Part shown: positions 7,762-16,241 of the stretch, one piece after another
Numbering within the stretch: the first letter of the stretch is position 1
Layout: every line of letters begins with the position of its first letter
NCBI GenBank assembly: GCA_945877765.1
Contig: CAMDWQ010000012.1
Coordinates: 1 to 64,000 of the forward strand
Reading direction: 5' to 3'
Length of the DNA: 64,000 nucleotides
DNA from: Candidatus Omnitrophota bacterium
GTDB taxonomy: Bacteria; Omnitrophota; Gorgyraeia; 2-02-FULL-51-18
Position numbers and translations under genes: made by a program
Notes under the pieces: model-generated
Database searches by the model: none
Told to the model about the DNA's origin: nothing
The model's input: the letters and a program-made list of their open reading frames with translations, nothing else

Positions 7762-7799
7762 TTGCGAACGAGGCGCTCTACCAGCTGAGCTACAGGCCC
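7762..7799 (-). repeat. att core: isolated 5' half of tRNA-Ala
   Basis: 38/38 identity to 178-215; stops in the anticodon loop. Confidence 0.93.
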
Positions 7800-7860
7800 G
7801 TCTCTGGCACAAACCAAGCAAAGAAAAAAATCTGAAAAAAATCTATTTCACCCCACAAAT

Positions 7861-8011
7861 GAAGGTCCGCTCGCACTCGGCCGACGTAAGACTTTTAGTC
7901 TACGGCTCGGGTGCTGGCCCAGCACTCTACCATCTCACCCCTCACAGAAGGTCCGCTCGCACTCGGCCGACGTAAGATTTTTAGTCTACGGCTCGGGTGC
8001 CGGCCCAGCAC
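7861..8011. repeat. Two tandem 65-bp REP-like palindromic repeats
   Basis: 7861-7925 and 7947-8011, 63/65 identical, each folds into a long imperfect hairpin. Confidence 0.85.
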
Positions 8012-8015
8012 GCTG

Positions 8016-8330
8016 CTATTTTAACGTGTCTTGAAGCCATGCCAGATACCCGGCATCCCCACCCTTCACCGTCAGCGCCAAAATCTCAGGAACTTTATAC
8101 GGATGAATCTCACGTAGCGTTTTTTGCAGAGTCTTCAATTTCGCCGAAGTCGTTTTGACTAAAATTAAAACTTCACCCGTTGCTTCAATCCTGTGTTTCC
8201 ACCGATAAACCGATTTCCATCCGCCCTGGTACGAAACACAAGCCGCCAATTTTTTCTCAACCAACACTCTGGCGATTTTACGCGCAGACCGAGCATCCTT
8301 TGTTGTCGAAAAGACAACAAAGGCACTCAT
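8016..8330 (-). CDS. cutA: Divalent-cation tolerance protein CutA
   Basis: LVEKKLAACV, SVYRW, HPYKVPEI. Confidence 0.93.
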   Translation of the reverse strand: MSAFVVFSTTKDARSARKIARVLVEKKLAACVSYQGGWKSVYRWKHRIEATGEVLILVKTTSAKLKTLQKTLREIHPYKVPEILALTVKGGDAGYLAWLQDTLK

Positions 8331-8533
8331 TAAAAACGAAGTGTCACTTTGTAGTTATCGGCGCCCTCTTGATCCAGAATAATATGTCCTTCGCGCGCCA
8401 GCCAGCCAAGACTCATGAGCACGACGTTACGATCCCTCTCGGTCCCTTTGACCAAATCGTTCAAACTGCAAGATTTACGCGTATCTAAAAAATGCCAGAT
8501 ATCTCCGGCAACAATCCCAATTTCTGTAATCAT
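8330..8533 (-). CDS. Small winged-helix protein (DUF2582-like)
   Basis: IGIVAGDIWHFL...MSLGWLAREGHI. Confidence 0.75.
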   Translation of the reverse strand: MITEIGIVAGDIWHFLDTRKSCSLNDLVKGTERDRNVVLMSLGWLAREGHIILDQEGADNYKVTLRF

Positions 8534-8626
8534 GTGAACCTCCCTTTAAAAAAATAGTCTAAACCGGTAAAAGATAACTCCAAAGAAGCTCTATCATAAA
8601 CGCCGCCCCAAAGGAAATCAATGAGA

Positions 8627-8872
8627 TTAAAAAAGCCGCTCTTCGGGAGATTTTTTATTGTAGCTCTTGCATTGCGGGCACTGGGAAATCTCCTGATGAG
8701 TGGAGTCCACATACGTGTAGGTGCAGATTTTGCATTCCCAGACATCGGCTTCCTCCCGGACAAACTTAGGAAGCGCGGTCTTTTTCTCGAAAAAAATCCA
8801 CAATACAAAAATAGCCAAAAGGGATGTCATCACGTAAAAAAATATGGCCATTGAAATATCGACGGGAAACAT
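8627..8872 (-). CDS. Single-TM protein with C-terminal zinc ribbon (start re-called to MFPV)
   Basis: TM helix then CKIC...CPQC. Confidence 0.7.
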   Translation of the reverse strand: MFPVDISMAIFFYVMTSLLAIFVLWIFFEKKTALPKFVREEADVWECKICTYTYVDSTHQEISQCPQCKSYNKKSPEERLF

Positions 8873-8874
8873 CC

Positions 8875-9369
8875 TTAAAGCCCCTGTTCTCTGGCCAAGC
8901 GAAGGCGTTTTTCCTTCTCTTCTTCGGTTTCCCCTGGCAATGACAACGCGGCTTCCTCGGCCCATTCGAAATCAGGCGCCGCTTTGACGCCGCCAACAAC
9001 TTCTCTGAGCGACGCGATCAGTTTTTTTCCAAAAGGAACGCTGACGACGTCGCCTTTCATTTGACGCGGTATCGCCTCAACAGGCAGTTCTGCTGCCGCT
9101 AAAAAATCAGAGGGACGGCGATAAAAGGACTGCGAAAGCTCAGGCCGGCTCTCCACGAGCGTTTTAAATATCGCATCGTCCATGACAGGCCCCAAAGATA
9201 CCAGATAGGGCCTTGGTTTTTCCGCTTTCTTGGGAGGGCTCACCACAATTTTGATAGAAAAAAACCAAAAAAAATGCCACAAAAGAGAAAAAGCAAGACC
9301 CACAAAAAAAGTCCGGTCCCAAAAAGACCAACTGCGATACTCCCTGAGATTGCGGCTTCTGCCGGCCAT
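8875..9369 (-). CDS. TonB/TolA-like single-TM protein lacking a recognisable TonB C-terminal domain
   Basis: TM with S-x3-H (FSLLWH) motif, directly downstream of exbD. Confidence 0.55.
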   Translation of the reverse strand: MAGRSRNLREYRSWSFWDRTFFVGLAFSLLWHFFWFFSIKIVVSPPKKAEKPRPYLVSLGPVMDDAIFKTLVESRPELSQSFYRRPSDFLAAAELPVEAIPRQMKGDVVSVPFGKKLIASLREVVGGVKAAPDFEWAEEAALSLPGETEEEKEKRLRLAREQGL

Positions 9370-9374
9370 GGGCT

Positions 9375-9788
9375 TTATCCGCCCGCTTTCTGATTAGTCG
9401 CAATATTAATCTGAGACACACCGGCATCGCGGCAAAGATCCCAGATTTCAACGACACGCCCGAGAGAGGCGCCGGCATCCGCTTTTAAGAGCACGGTCTT
9501 GTTTTCATCGGCGGCAATCTTGATTTCACGAGTCAATTCAACGATAGTTGTGGGCATCTCATTCAAAAATAAAAGATCCTGCCCAGTCAGGGTCACTGTA
9601 AGATTACGACTGCTAAGGACTTCGCTGGTGATGGCTTTGGGCAAACTTACTTTGATGCCGGGCTGAATGACAAAGTTGGAAGTCAGCATGAAGAATATCA
9701 AAAGCAGAAACATCACGTCGATGAGCGGCGCGATATCCAACTGTCCTTTTTTAATTTCAGTTCTTCGTTTGAGCCTGGTGAATCTCAT
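9375..9788 (-). CDS. exbD: Biopolymer transporter ExbD/TolR
   Basis: IAPLIDVMFLLLIFFML, LKAD. Confidence 0.92.
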   Translation of the reverse strand: MRFTRLKRRTEIKKGQLDIAPLIDVMFLLLIFFMLTSNFVIQPGIKVSLPKAITSEVLSSRNLTVTLTGQDLLFLNEMPTTIVELTREIKIAADENKTVLLKADAGASLGRVVEIWDLCRDAGVSQINIATNQKAGG

Positions 9789-9809
9789 GCGGCGGCTTCT
9801 CCCCGATCG

Positions 9810-10442
9810 TTAGGATTCATTTTCATTGCGGCGTTCACCAAGAATGTTTAAGAGATCCGTGGCGCTTCGTTCCATATCCAAAACAAAACCATCCACGCGG
9901 CTCACCAGATAATTATAGGCAACATACGTCGGAATCGCCACGCACAACCCAAATACGGTCGTCAGAAGGGCTTGCCATATGCCCCCGGCAAGATCCCCCG
10001 GATTGACGGGGTTGACAGCGCCCGCCTTGGTTTCGATGACTTGAAATGCCGCAACCAAACCGGTGACAGTACCCAAAAGGCCCAATAGCGGCGCCACGTG
10101 CGCGACTGTCGCCAGAACCGGCAGATTTCGTTCAAGACGCGGAACTTCGTGCACGCTGGCATCCTCAATAGCCTCGCGGACTTCGTGGCGAGGACGGTCA
10201 TGCTTTAAAATTCCCGCCTTTAGAAGGTTGGCAATTGGCCCGCCCGTCTTATCGCACAGGTCAAGAGCTTCCATAATTTTATTGCGCTTAATGGATTTTG
10301 AAATCTGCTCCATGAATGTTTTGGTATCGATTTCTTCCTGCCGCAGTCGTATAAGCCGCTCGATTACAATCGCAAACGCCACCACCGAACACAGCAGAAT
10401 AGGCCACATGATAGGCCCGCCTTTTTGCATAAATTCCCACAT
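9810..10442 (-). CDS. exbB: MotA/TolQ/ExbB proton channel
   Basis: APLLGLLGTVTG, GIWQALLTTVFGL. Confidence 0.92.
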   Translation of the reverse strand: MWEFMQKGGPIMWPILLCSVVAFAIVIERLIRLRQEEIDTKTFMEQISKSIKRNKIMEALDLCDKTGGPIANLLKAGILKHDRPRHEVREAIEDASVHEVPRLERNLPVLATVAHVAPLLGLLGTVTGLVAAFQVIETKAGAVNPVNPGDLAGGIWQALLTTVFGLCVAIPTYVAYNYLVSRVDGFVLDMERSATDLLNILGERRNENES

Positions 10443-10456
10443 ACATTTCCCTCCCT

Positions 10457-12691
10457 TTATTTAATGATTTTTTCTTTCAAGTCCTGGCTTTCATACGTCC
10501 GTCCATCCGCCTTTAAAATTTCGGCGAGTTTTTCCCGTGCCTCTGAACGGTAAGGCTCTCGGGCTGGCGCGTTCATCACTTTTAAATACTCTAGCCGCGC
10601 CTGAGGCAGTTTTCCTTGAGAAACTAAAAAATCACCCACTTTTAAAAGACCTTTTGCGGCAAGCTCTGAGTCAGGAAACTTTTGCGCCAGCAGTTGCAGT
10701 TGCCCAACCGCACCCCAAATATCACCTTCGCGCTCATGAGTCATGGCGATAGCAAATAGCGCGTCATCCGCCTTGGCGCTATCGGGAAACTCAAGCCCTA
10801 TCCTCTGATAATAAACTCGCGCCTTCTCATACTGCCCCTTATTGTAGCTGTATTCGCCCAAACCGTACAACACATCCGGCGCGTTGTCACTGCGCGGATA
10901 CGCCGATAGATAATTTTCAAATTCGCGAACCGCCTCGTTTTCCCTTTTGGAATGGAAATAACACCACGCCTTTTGATAGCGGGAAAGCCTTCCGACTTCA
11001 GTCTGGGGGTATTGCGCGGATAACTGCTGATAAATCTCAAGCGCCTTATCATACTGCGCCAAACTAAAATAACCGTTGGCCATCTGAAATAAGCTCTTAC
11101 TTTTTAGAAGGCTGTCCGGATAAAGCGCCTCCAATTTCTCAAAATGCTTTATCGCTTCGGCGGATTGATTTTTCTGCAGAAGCGCCGAGCCAATCTGGTA
11201 CATCGCTTCGTCGCATAAATGACTGTTGGGAAAACGCAGCAACAGGCTTTGAAAACTTAAAATCGCTGAGTCGTGGCGTCCAAGACGGCCTAGGACAGCA
11301 CCCACTTGATACTGCGCATAATCCGAATAAACACTCTCCGGAAAATCTTTCAAAACACGGTCATAGGACTCGAGTGATTTTTCCAACTCATTTTTTTCAA
11401 GATATGTATCGCCGATGCGGCAGAGAGCATTGGTCTTTAGGACATCGTCTGGCGTACTATCGGCGGCTCTTTGAAAATGGGCAACCGCCTCGTCGGGGCG
11501 CAATAATCGCACACACACCCAACCGAGATTATATTCAATTTCGGCCGCCAAGGGACTGCCCGGAAATTTCATGAGCGCCTGCTCATAAAAATCTTCGGCT
11601 TCCTGGTAGCGCTCTAATTCATACAACGACTGGGCTTTCCAAAAAAGGAATTCATCCATCAGATCAGCCTTCGGAAACAGCTGGATGATCCGGTCTAGCG
11701 TCTGCGCGGCTTCCGCAAACTTTTTAAGCTGCATCAGCGTGCGTGCGTGCCCAAAAAGAAACGAATCCAGCTCCGGGTTATGGGCCTCTTGACTCTCGGA
11801 CAATGAAAAATAAACCAGCGCCTGCGGATAGAGTCCCAATCTAAAACTGCACCAGCCCGCCCGTTCAAGAGAGACCAAATAAAACTCACTGTCCTCTCCA
11901 AAATCCAGGCTCTTTTTAAAAAAATCGAGTGCCGCCGCGTACTGGCCGAGGCTGTAGAAACATTCACCCAGAAGATACTGGGCGGCAAGCGCTTTCGGGC
12001 TTAAAGGAAAATCCTGGATATAGGACTCGAGCTTGGCCGAAGCCTCTTCATATTTTTTAGCCTCGTAATCATACTGCCCAATTTTATAGCGGGCCTCCGT
12101 AGCCAATGGGTCCAGTGGAAACTCTTTTGCGATTTCCTCCATGATTTCAATCGCTTCAGCAAGGCCGCCGGTTTCTCCCAGACACCAGGCTGCAGAGAAT
12201 TTGGCATGAATATAAAATTTAGAGGCGGGGAATTGATTTAAAATTTTCTGATAAAACCTCAGTGCTGAAATATAGTCCTTGGCTCTAAAATAGGTTTCCG
12301 CGGTCCAATACGCCGCCTCTTCCTCCAAAGGGAGTCCGTCGGAGTCATTTAAGAGGGATTCCAGCGTCTTGGACGCCTCGCCCAATTCTCCTCTCTCAAA
12401 CTGCGCCCGGCCCAAAAGAAATCTCACCGAACCTGTTTTTTTGGACCCGGGATATTTTTCTAAATAGTCCAATGCCTTTTCCTTGACGACAGAATAAAAT
12501 TTATCTCTATAGGCTTGTCGGATGGAAGTGTAATCAACTTCTTCGGTTGTTTCGGCGAAAGCGTTTAAAGCGACAAAAAACAAAATAAATATCAATCCAA
12601 CGCCCCCTAACCCCCTCTTTGTCAAAGAGGGGGAAAACGTACACGATCCGCCCTCTTTATTTAAAGAGGGGGTTAGGGGGCGTTCAATCAC
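10457..12691 (-). CDS. Exported tetratricopeptide-repeat protein (BamD/CpoB-like repeats)
   Basis: Many A..YP.S TPR units; signal-like LIFILFFVALNAFA. Confidence 0.85.
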   Translation of the reverse strand: MIERPLTPSLNKEGGSCTFSPSLTKRGLGGVGLIFILFFVALNAFAETTEEVDYTSIRQAYRDKFYSVVKEKALDYLEKYPGSKKTGSVRFLLGRAQFERGELGEASKTLESLLNDSDGLPLEEEAAYWTAETYFRAKDYISALRFYQKILNQFPASKFYIHAKFSAAWCLGETGGLAEAIEIMEEIAKEFPLDPLATEARYKIGQYDYEAKKYEEASAKLESYIQDFPLSPKALAAQYLLGECFYSLGQYAAALDFFKKSLDFGEDSEFYLVSLERAGWCSFRLGLYPQALVYFSLSESQEAHNPELDSFLFGHARTLMQLKKFAEAAQTLDRIIQLFPKADLMDEFLFWKAQSLYELERYQEAEDFYEQALMKFPGSPLAAEIEYNLGWVCVRLLRPDEAVAHFQRAADSTPDDVLKTNALCRIGDTYLEKNELEKSLESYDRVLKDFPESVYSDYAQYQVGAVLGRLGRHDSAILSFQSLLLRFPNSHLCDEAMYQIGSALLQKNQSAEAIKHFEKLEALYPDSLLKSKSLFQMANGYFSLAQYDKALEIYQQLSAQYPQTEVGRLSRYQKAWCYFHSKRENEAVREFENYLSAYPRSDNAPDVLYGLGEYSYNKGQYEKARVYYQRIGLEFPDSAKADDALFAIAMTHEREGDIWGAVGQLQLLAQKFPDSELAAKGLLKVGDFLVSQGKLPQARLEYLKVMNAPAREPYRSEAREKLAEILKADGRTYESQDLKEKIIK
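12599..12684. repeat. Palindromic element with 22-bp perfect inverted ends, translated in the TPR gene
   Basis: AACGCCCCCTAACCCCCTCTTT...AAAGAGGGGGTTAGGGGGCGTT. Confidence 0.85.
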
Positions 12692-15555
12692 TTCAAGACT
12701 TCCTTTAGAAATTTTCCGGTATAGGACTTTACGTTCCTCGCCACTTCTTCAGGGGTGCCTGTGGCCACCACCTCCCCGCCTTTGTCGCCTCCTTCGGGTC
12801 CCAAATCAATCACATAATCAGCTGTTTTGATCACATCCAGATTATGTTCGATGACCAGCACGCTGTTCCCCTGGTCTACCAACTGCCCAAGCACCTTGAG
12901 CAAGCGGTCGATGTCCGCAAAATGGAGTCCCGTTGTCGGTTCATCCAAAATATAAAACGTGCGCCCCGTCGCGCGCTTGGAAAGCTCCGTCGCCAACTTC
13001 ACCCGCTGGGCTTCGCCGCCCGAGAGAGTCGTGGACGCCTGTCCAAGTTCGATATAATCCAGTCCCACATCGTGAAGCGTCTGAAGCTTGGAGCGCACCA
13101 TCGGAACGTTGGCAAAAACATCCAGCGCTTCCTCCACGCTCATGGACAACACATCGGAAATGGACTTCCCCTTGTACTTGACCTCAAGCGTCTGTTCATT
13201 AAAACGTTTGCCCTTGCACACTTCACAAGTCACGTAAACATCCGGCAAGAAATGCATCTCAATCGTCTTCACGCCGTCGCCTTCGCAAGCCTCACAGCGG
13301 CCGCCTTTGACATTAAAACTAAATCGTCCCGGTTCATAACCGCGCATGCGTGCATCCGGCAGTTTGGAAAAAATATCGCGGATCGGTCCAAAAAGGCCGG
13401 TGTACGTCGCGGGATTAGAACGCGGCGTGCGGCCAATCGGCGATTGATCAATTTCGATAATTTTGTCGAGCTTCTCGGCGCCCGTGATTTTTTCATGTTT
13501 GCCAGGCACGGCTTTGGATCCATAAATCGATCGAGAGAGCCCCTTGAACAAAATCTCATCCACCAAGGTGCTCTTGCCTGATCCTGAGACGCCGGTCACG
13601 CAAGTCAGCACACCCAAAGGAATTTCGACATCGATATTTTTTAGATTATTTTCAGCGGCTTTCTTGATGATGATTTTCTCCGCTTTTTGGATAATTCTGC
13701 GTTTGGCGGGTATGGCGATCTTTAACTGGCCATTTAAATATTTTCCTGTGATCGATTTTGGGTTTTTCATGACTTGGGCCGGGGTGCCTTCTGCCACAAT
13801 GTGGCCGCCGTGCTTGCCGGCGCCAGGGCCTATGTCCACCAGATAATCCGCACGCTTCATTGTCACCTCGTCATGCTCCACGACGATCAGTGTATTCCCT
13901 AGATCCCGCAGAGCCATCAGCGACTCGAGCAATTTTTCATTATCGCGTTGATGAAGACCGATCGATGGCTCATCCAGCACGTACAACACGCCGATCAAAC
14001 CCGACCCAATCTGGGAGGCCAAGCGAATGCGCTGAGCTTCTCCGCCCGACAACGTGCCGCTCATGCGATCCAGCGAGAGATAACCCAAACCCACATTTTT
14101 CATGAAACCAAGGCGCGCGCGGACTTCTTTTAATATCTGGTGAGCAATTTTTTCATCCGGCTCGGAAAATCGCAGTTCCCTGAAAAATTTATCTGCATAC
14201 TCAATAGAAAAGGCGGTCATGTCCATGATGCTCTTATCATCCACTTTCACCGAAAGAGCCGAAGGCTTTAAACGCTTGCCATGACACTCTTGGCAGGGTT
14301 CTATGCTCATGAATTTATTAATTTCTTCCTTCATGAATTCGGATTCGGTCTCCTTGAAACGCCTTTGGAGATTGGGAATAGCGCCTTCCCAGCCATCGGC
14401 CCATCGACTGCGGCGTGAAGAGGGCGAATCGCTATCCTGATCCTCCTCGCCAAAAAGAACCAGATCCCTCTGTTGGCGATTTAGTTGATTCCAGGGAGCG
14501 TCCACATCAAAACCATGGCGATCAGCCAAATGCCGCAATTGCCGACGGTAATAAATCACTAGCGACTTACCGCCCCGGTTCCAGGCGGCAATCGCACTGC
14601 GAACCGGCTTTGTTTTGTCCGGAATCAAAAGCTCGGGGTCAATCTTTAGGCAATTTCCCAGTCCGTCACAGCCGGGACAGGCGCCGTAAGGACTATTGAA
14701 TGAAAAAAGCCGGGGTTCTGGCGGAGGAAAACTAATACCGCAATGAATGCACGCATAAAGCTCGGAAAACATCTCATCGGGCTTTGCCCCGCCCTTGCCC
14801 GCCGATGCATTGGTGGTGGGCTCATACGCAATTTTGATCGTTCCCTTGCCCGTCTTAAGCGCCGCCTCCACCGAATCTGTGAGTCTTTTTTTTCCGCCAG
14901 AGGCGGATCCGCCTTCGGCGGATAAAATCAAGCGGTCCACCACGATATCAATCGTATGTTTTTTCTTTTTATCAAGCGTAATACTTTCAGAGATTTCGCG
15001 CGTGACCCCATCGACGCGCACGCGCACAAAACCTTCTTTTTGGATATCCTTAAAAATTTTGTGGTACTCTCCCTTACGGCCTTCGATGGCAGGTGCGAGA
15101 ATTTGAATTTTGGTTCCGGCGGGATTTTGCAATATTTGTTCAACGATTTCTTGCGCGCTTTGCTTAGTGATTTTGCGCCGGCATTGATAGCAATGAGGCA
15201 CCCCGATTTTGGCAAACAGCAGCCTTAAATAGTCATATATTTCTGTGGTTGTCCCCACCGTCGAGCGCGGATTGGATCCGGCTATTCTCTGTTCAATGCT
15301 GATTGCCGGTGACAGGCCCTCGATGTATTCCACGTTGGGTTTCTGCATTTGATCCAAAAATTGGCGGGCGTAAGCCGAAAGGCTTTCCACATACCTCCTC
15401 TGGCCTTCAGCATAAATCGTGTCAAACGCAAGCGAGGACTTCCCGGAGCCGCTTAAGCCGGTGAATACCACCATGGCGTTTCGGGGGATTCTCAAATCTA
15501 TTCCCTTAAGATTGTGTTCGCGGGCATTCTTAACAAAAATCGTGTCTTTTTCCAT
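12688..15555 (-). CDS. uvrA: Excinuclease ABC subunit A
   Basis: GLSGSGKSSLAFDTIYAEGQRRY, two ABC modules, zinc fingers. Confidence 0.98.
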   Translation of the reverse strand: MEKDTIFVKNAREHNLKGIDLRIPRNAMVVFTGLSGSGKSSLAFDTIYAEGQRRYVESLSAYARQFLDQMQKPNVEYIEGLSPAISIEQRIAGSNPRSTVGTTTEIYDYLRLLFAKIGVPHCYQCRRKITKQSAQEIVEQILQNPAGTKIQILAPAIEGRKGEYHKIFKDIQKEGFVRVRVDGVTREISESITLDKKKKHTIDIVVDRLILSAEGGSASGGKKRLTDSVEAALKTGKGTIKIAYEPTTNASAGKGGAKPDEMFSELYACIHCGISFPPPEPRLFSFNSPYGACPGCDGLGNCLKIDPELLIPDKTKPVRSAIAAWNRGGKSLVIYYRRQLRHLADRHGFDVDAPWNQLNRQQRDLVLFGEEDQDSDSPSSRRSRWADGWEGAIPNLQRRFKETESEFMKEEINKFMSIEPCQECHGKRLKPSALSVKVDDKSIMDMTAFSIEYADKFFRELRFSEPDEKIAHQILKEVRARLGFMKNVGLGYLSLDRMSGTLSGGEAQRIRLASQIGSGLIGVLYVLDEPSIGLHQRDNEKLLESLMALRDLGNTLIVVEHDEVTMKRADYLVDIGPGAGKHGGHIVAEGTPAQVMKNPKSITGKYLNGQLKIAIPAKRRIIQKAEKIIIKKAAENNLKNIDVEIPLGVLTCVTGVSGSGKSTLVDEILFKGLSRSIYGSKAVPGKHEKITGAEKLDKIIEIDQSPIGRTPRSNPATYTGLFGPIRDIFSKLPDARMRGYEPGRFSFNVKGGRCEACEGDGVKTIEMHFLPDVYVTCEVCKGKRFNEQTLEVKYKGKSISDVLSMSVEEALDVFANVPMVRSKLQTLHDVGLDYIELGQASTTLSGGEAQRVKLATELSKRATGRTFYILDEPTTGLHFADIDRLLKVLGQLVDQGNSVLVIEHNLDVIKTADYVIDLGPEGGDKGGEVVATGTPEEVARNVKSYTGKFLKEVLK
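14893..14922. repeat. 30-bp palindromic in-frame insert in uvrA
   Basis: TCCGCCAGAGGCGGATCCGCCTTCGGCGGA encodes SAEGGSASGG. Confidence 0.75.
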
Positions 15556-15566
15556 GAGGTGAGCCT

Positions 15567-16241
15567 TTAGGTTATTTTTTGGTCTTTCAAAATTTCAGGA
15601 ATTGGGCGGGCATCGATGCGTATTCCCCCGTCATGCTCAATCAGTAAGGTGTAAATAGTGCCTGGAATAAATACGGACCCAGGCGCCTCAATTTGCGCGT
15701 TTTTAATCCCGCGTCTTGACCGCTCGACAGGATCCAGCGCGTATTTCCAAAACCTCTGCCACACTTCTTTCTCAAAATAATTGGCCGTTTCGCCAACCCG
15801 GTAGCCTTGCGGGATTTCATTGGCGGGCGCGATCACCATTTCCTCGGTATTTTTACCGTCCAACACAAACGCTTTTAAAAAAAGATAAATACTTTTTCCT
15901 TTCATGCGGTTTCCTTGCTCCACATACTTATCATCAAAGCGCACCACCAGCGTCTGAAACTGAATCAGATTGCCTTTGAACGTAAAATATTTTGGTTTTA
16001 GGGGATGGCCTTTCACGTCGTATTCCAGAAATTTAATCGTGGTGGTGTATTTGCGGGTATATTCGTCGAGACTGGAATCGGTCACAAGCACTTCGGCGAT
16101 GCGAGATTCCGCTTTCAGGTTATGAATGATCTGACGCATCATTAGGAATTCAAAAACAAATTTGTAAGCGATGATGAACAAAAAGAAAAGGACCGCAAGG
16201 ATTAAAAAATTTCTTAATATTTTTTGAATTCCCCCGAACAT
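15567..16241 (-). CDS. Hypothetical membrane-anchored protein
   Basis: 224 aa, N-terminal TM, operon-coupled. Confidence 0.75.
   Translation of the reverse strand: MFGGIQKILRNFLILAVLFFLFIIAYKFVFEFLMMRQIIHNLKAESRIAEVLVTDSSLDEYTRKYTTTIKFLEYDVKGHPLKPKYFTFKGNLIQFQTLVVRFDDKYVEQGNRMKGKSIYLFLKAFVLDGKNTEEMVIAPANEIPQGYRVGETANYFEKEVWQRFWKYALDPVERSRRGIKNAQIEAPGSVFIPGTIYTLLIEHDGGIRIDARPIPEILKDQKIT

Larger units (their letters stand above)
178..7799. mobile_element. Integrative element (satellite/IME-like) in tRNA-Ala, ~7.6 kb
   Basis: 38-bp identical direct repeats at 178-215 and 7762-7799 enclose integrase, excisionase, replication and cargo genes. Confidence 0.92.

Noticed and set aside
7762-7799. 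Second tRNA-Ala or a split/intron-containing tRNA
   Set aside because: No 3' half follows; fully explained as an att duplication
7861-8011. Possible mini CRISPR array
   Set aside because: Only two units, 65-bp repeats with a 21-nt linker are outside CRISPR dimensions, and there are no cas genes
12844-13581. Long plus-strand ORFs opposite uvrA (likewise opposite mfd, mrdA, coxI)
   Set aside because: Antisense shadows of conserved genes with no motifs or initiation signals
14783-14822. Second palindromic insert in uvrA (PTTNASAGKGGAK)
   Set aside because: Imperfect palindrome with no second copy in the window; could be an ordinary variable loop
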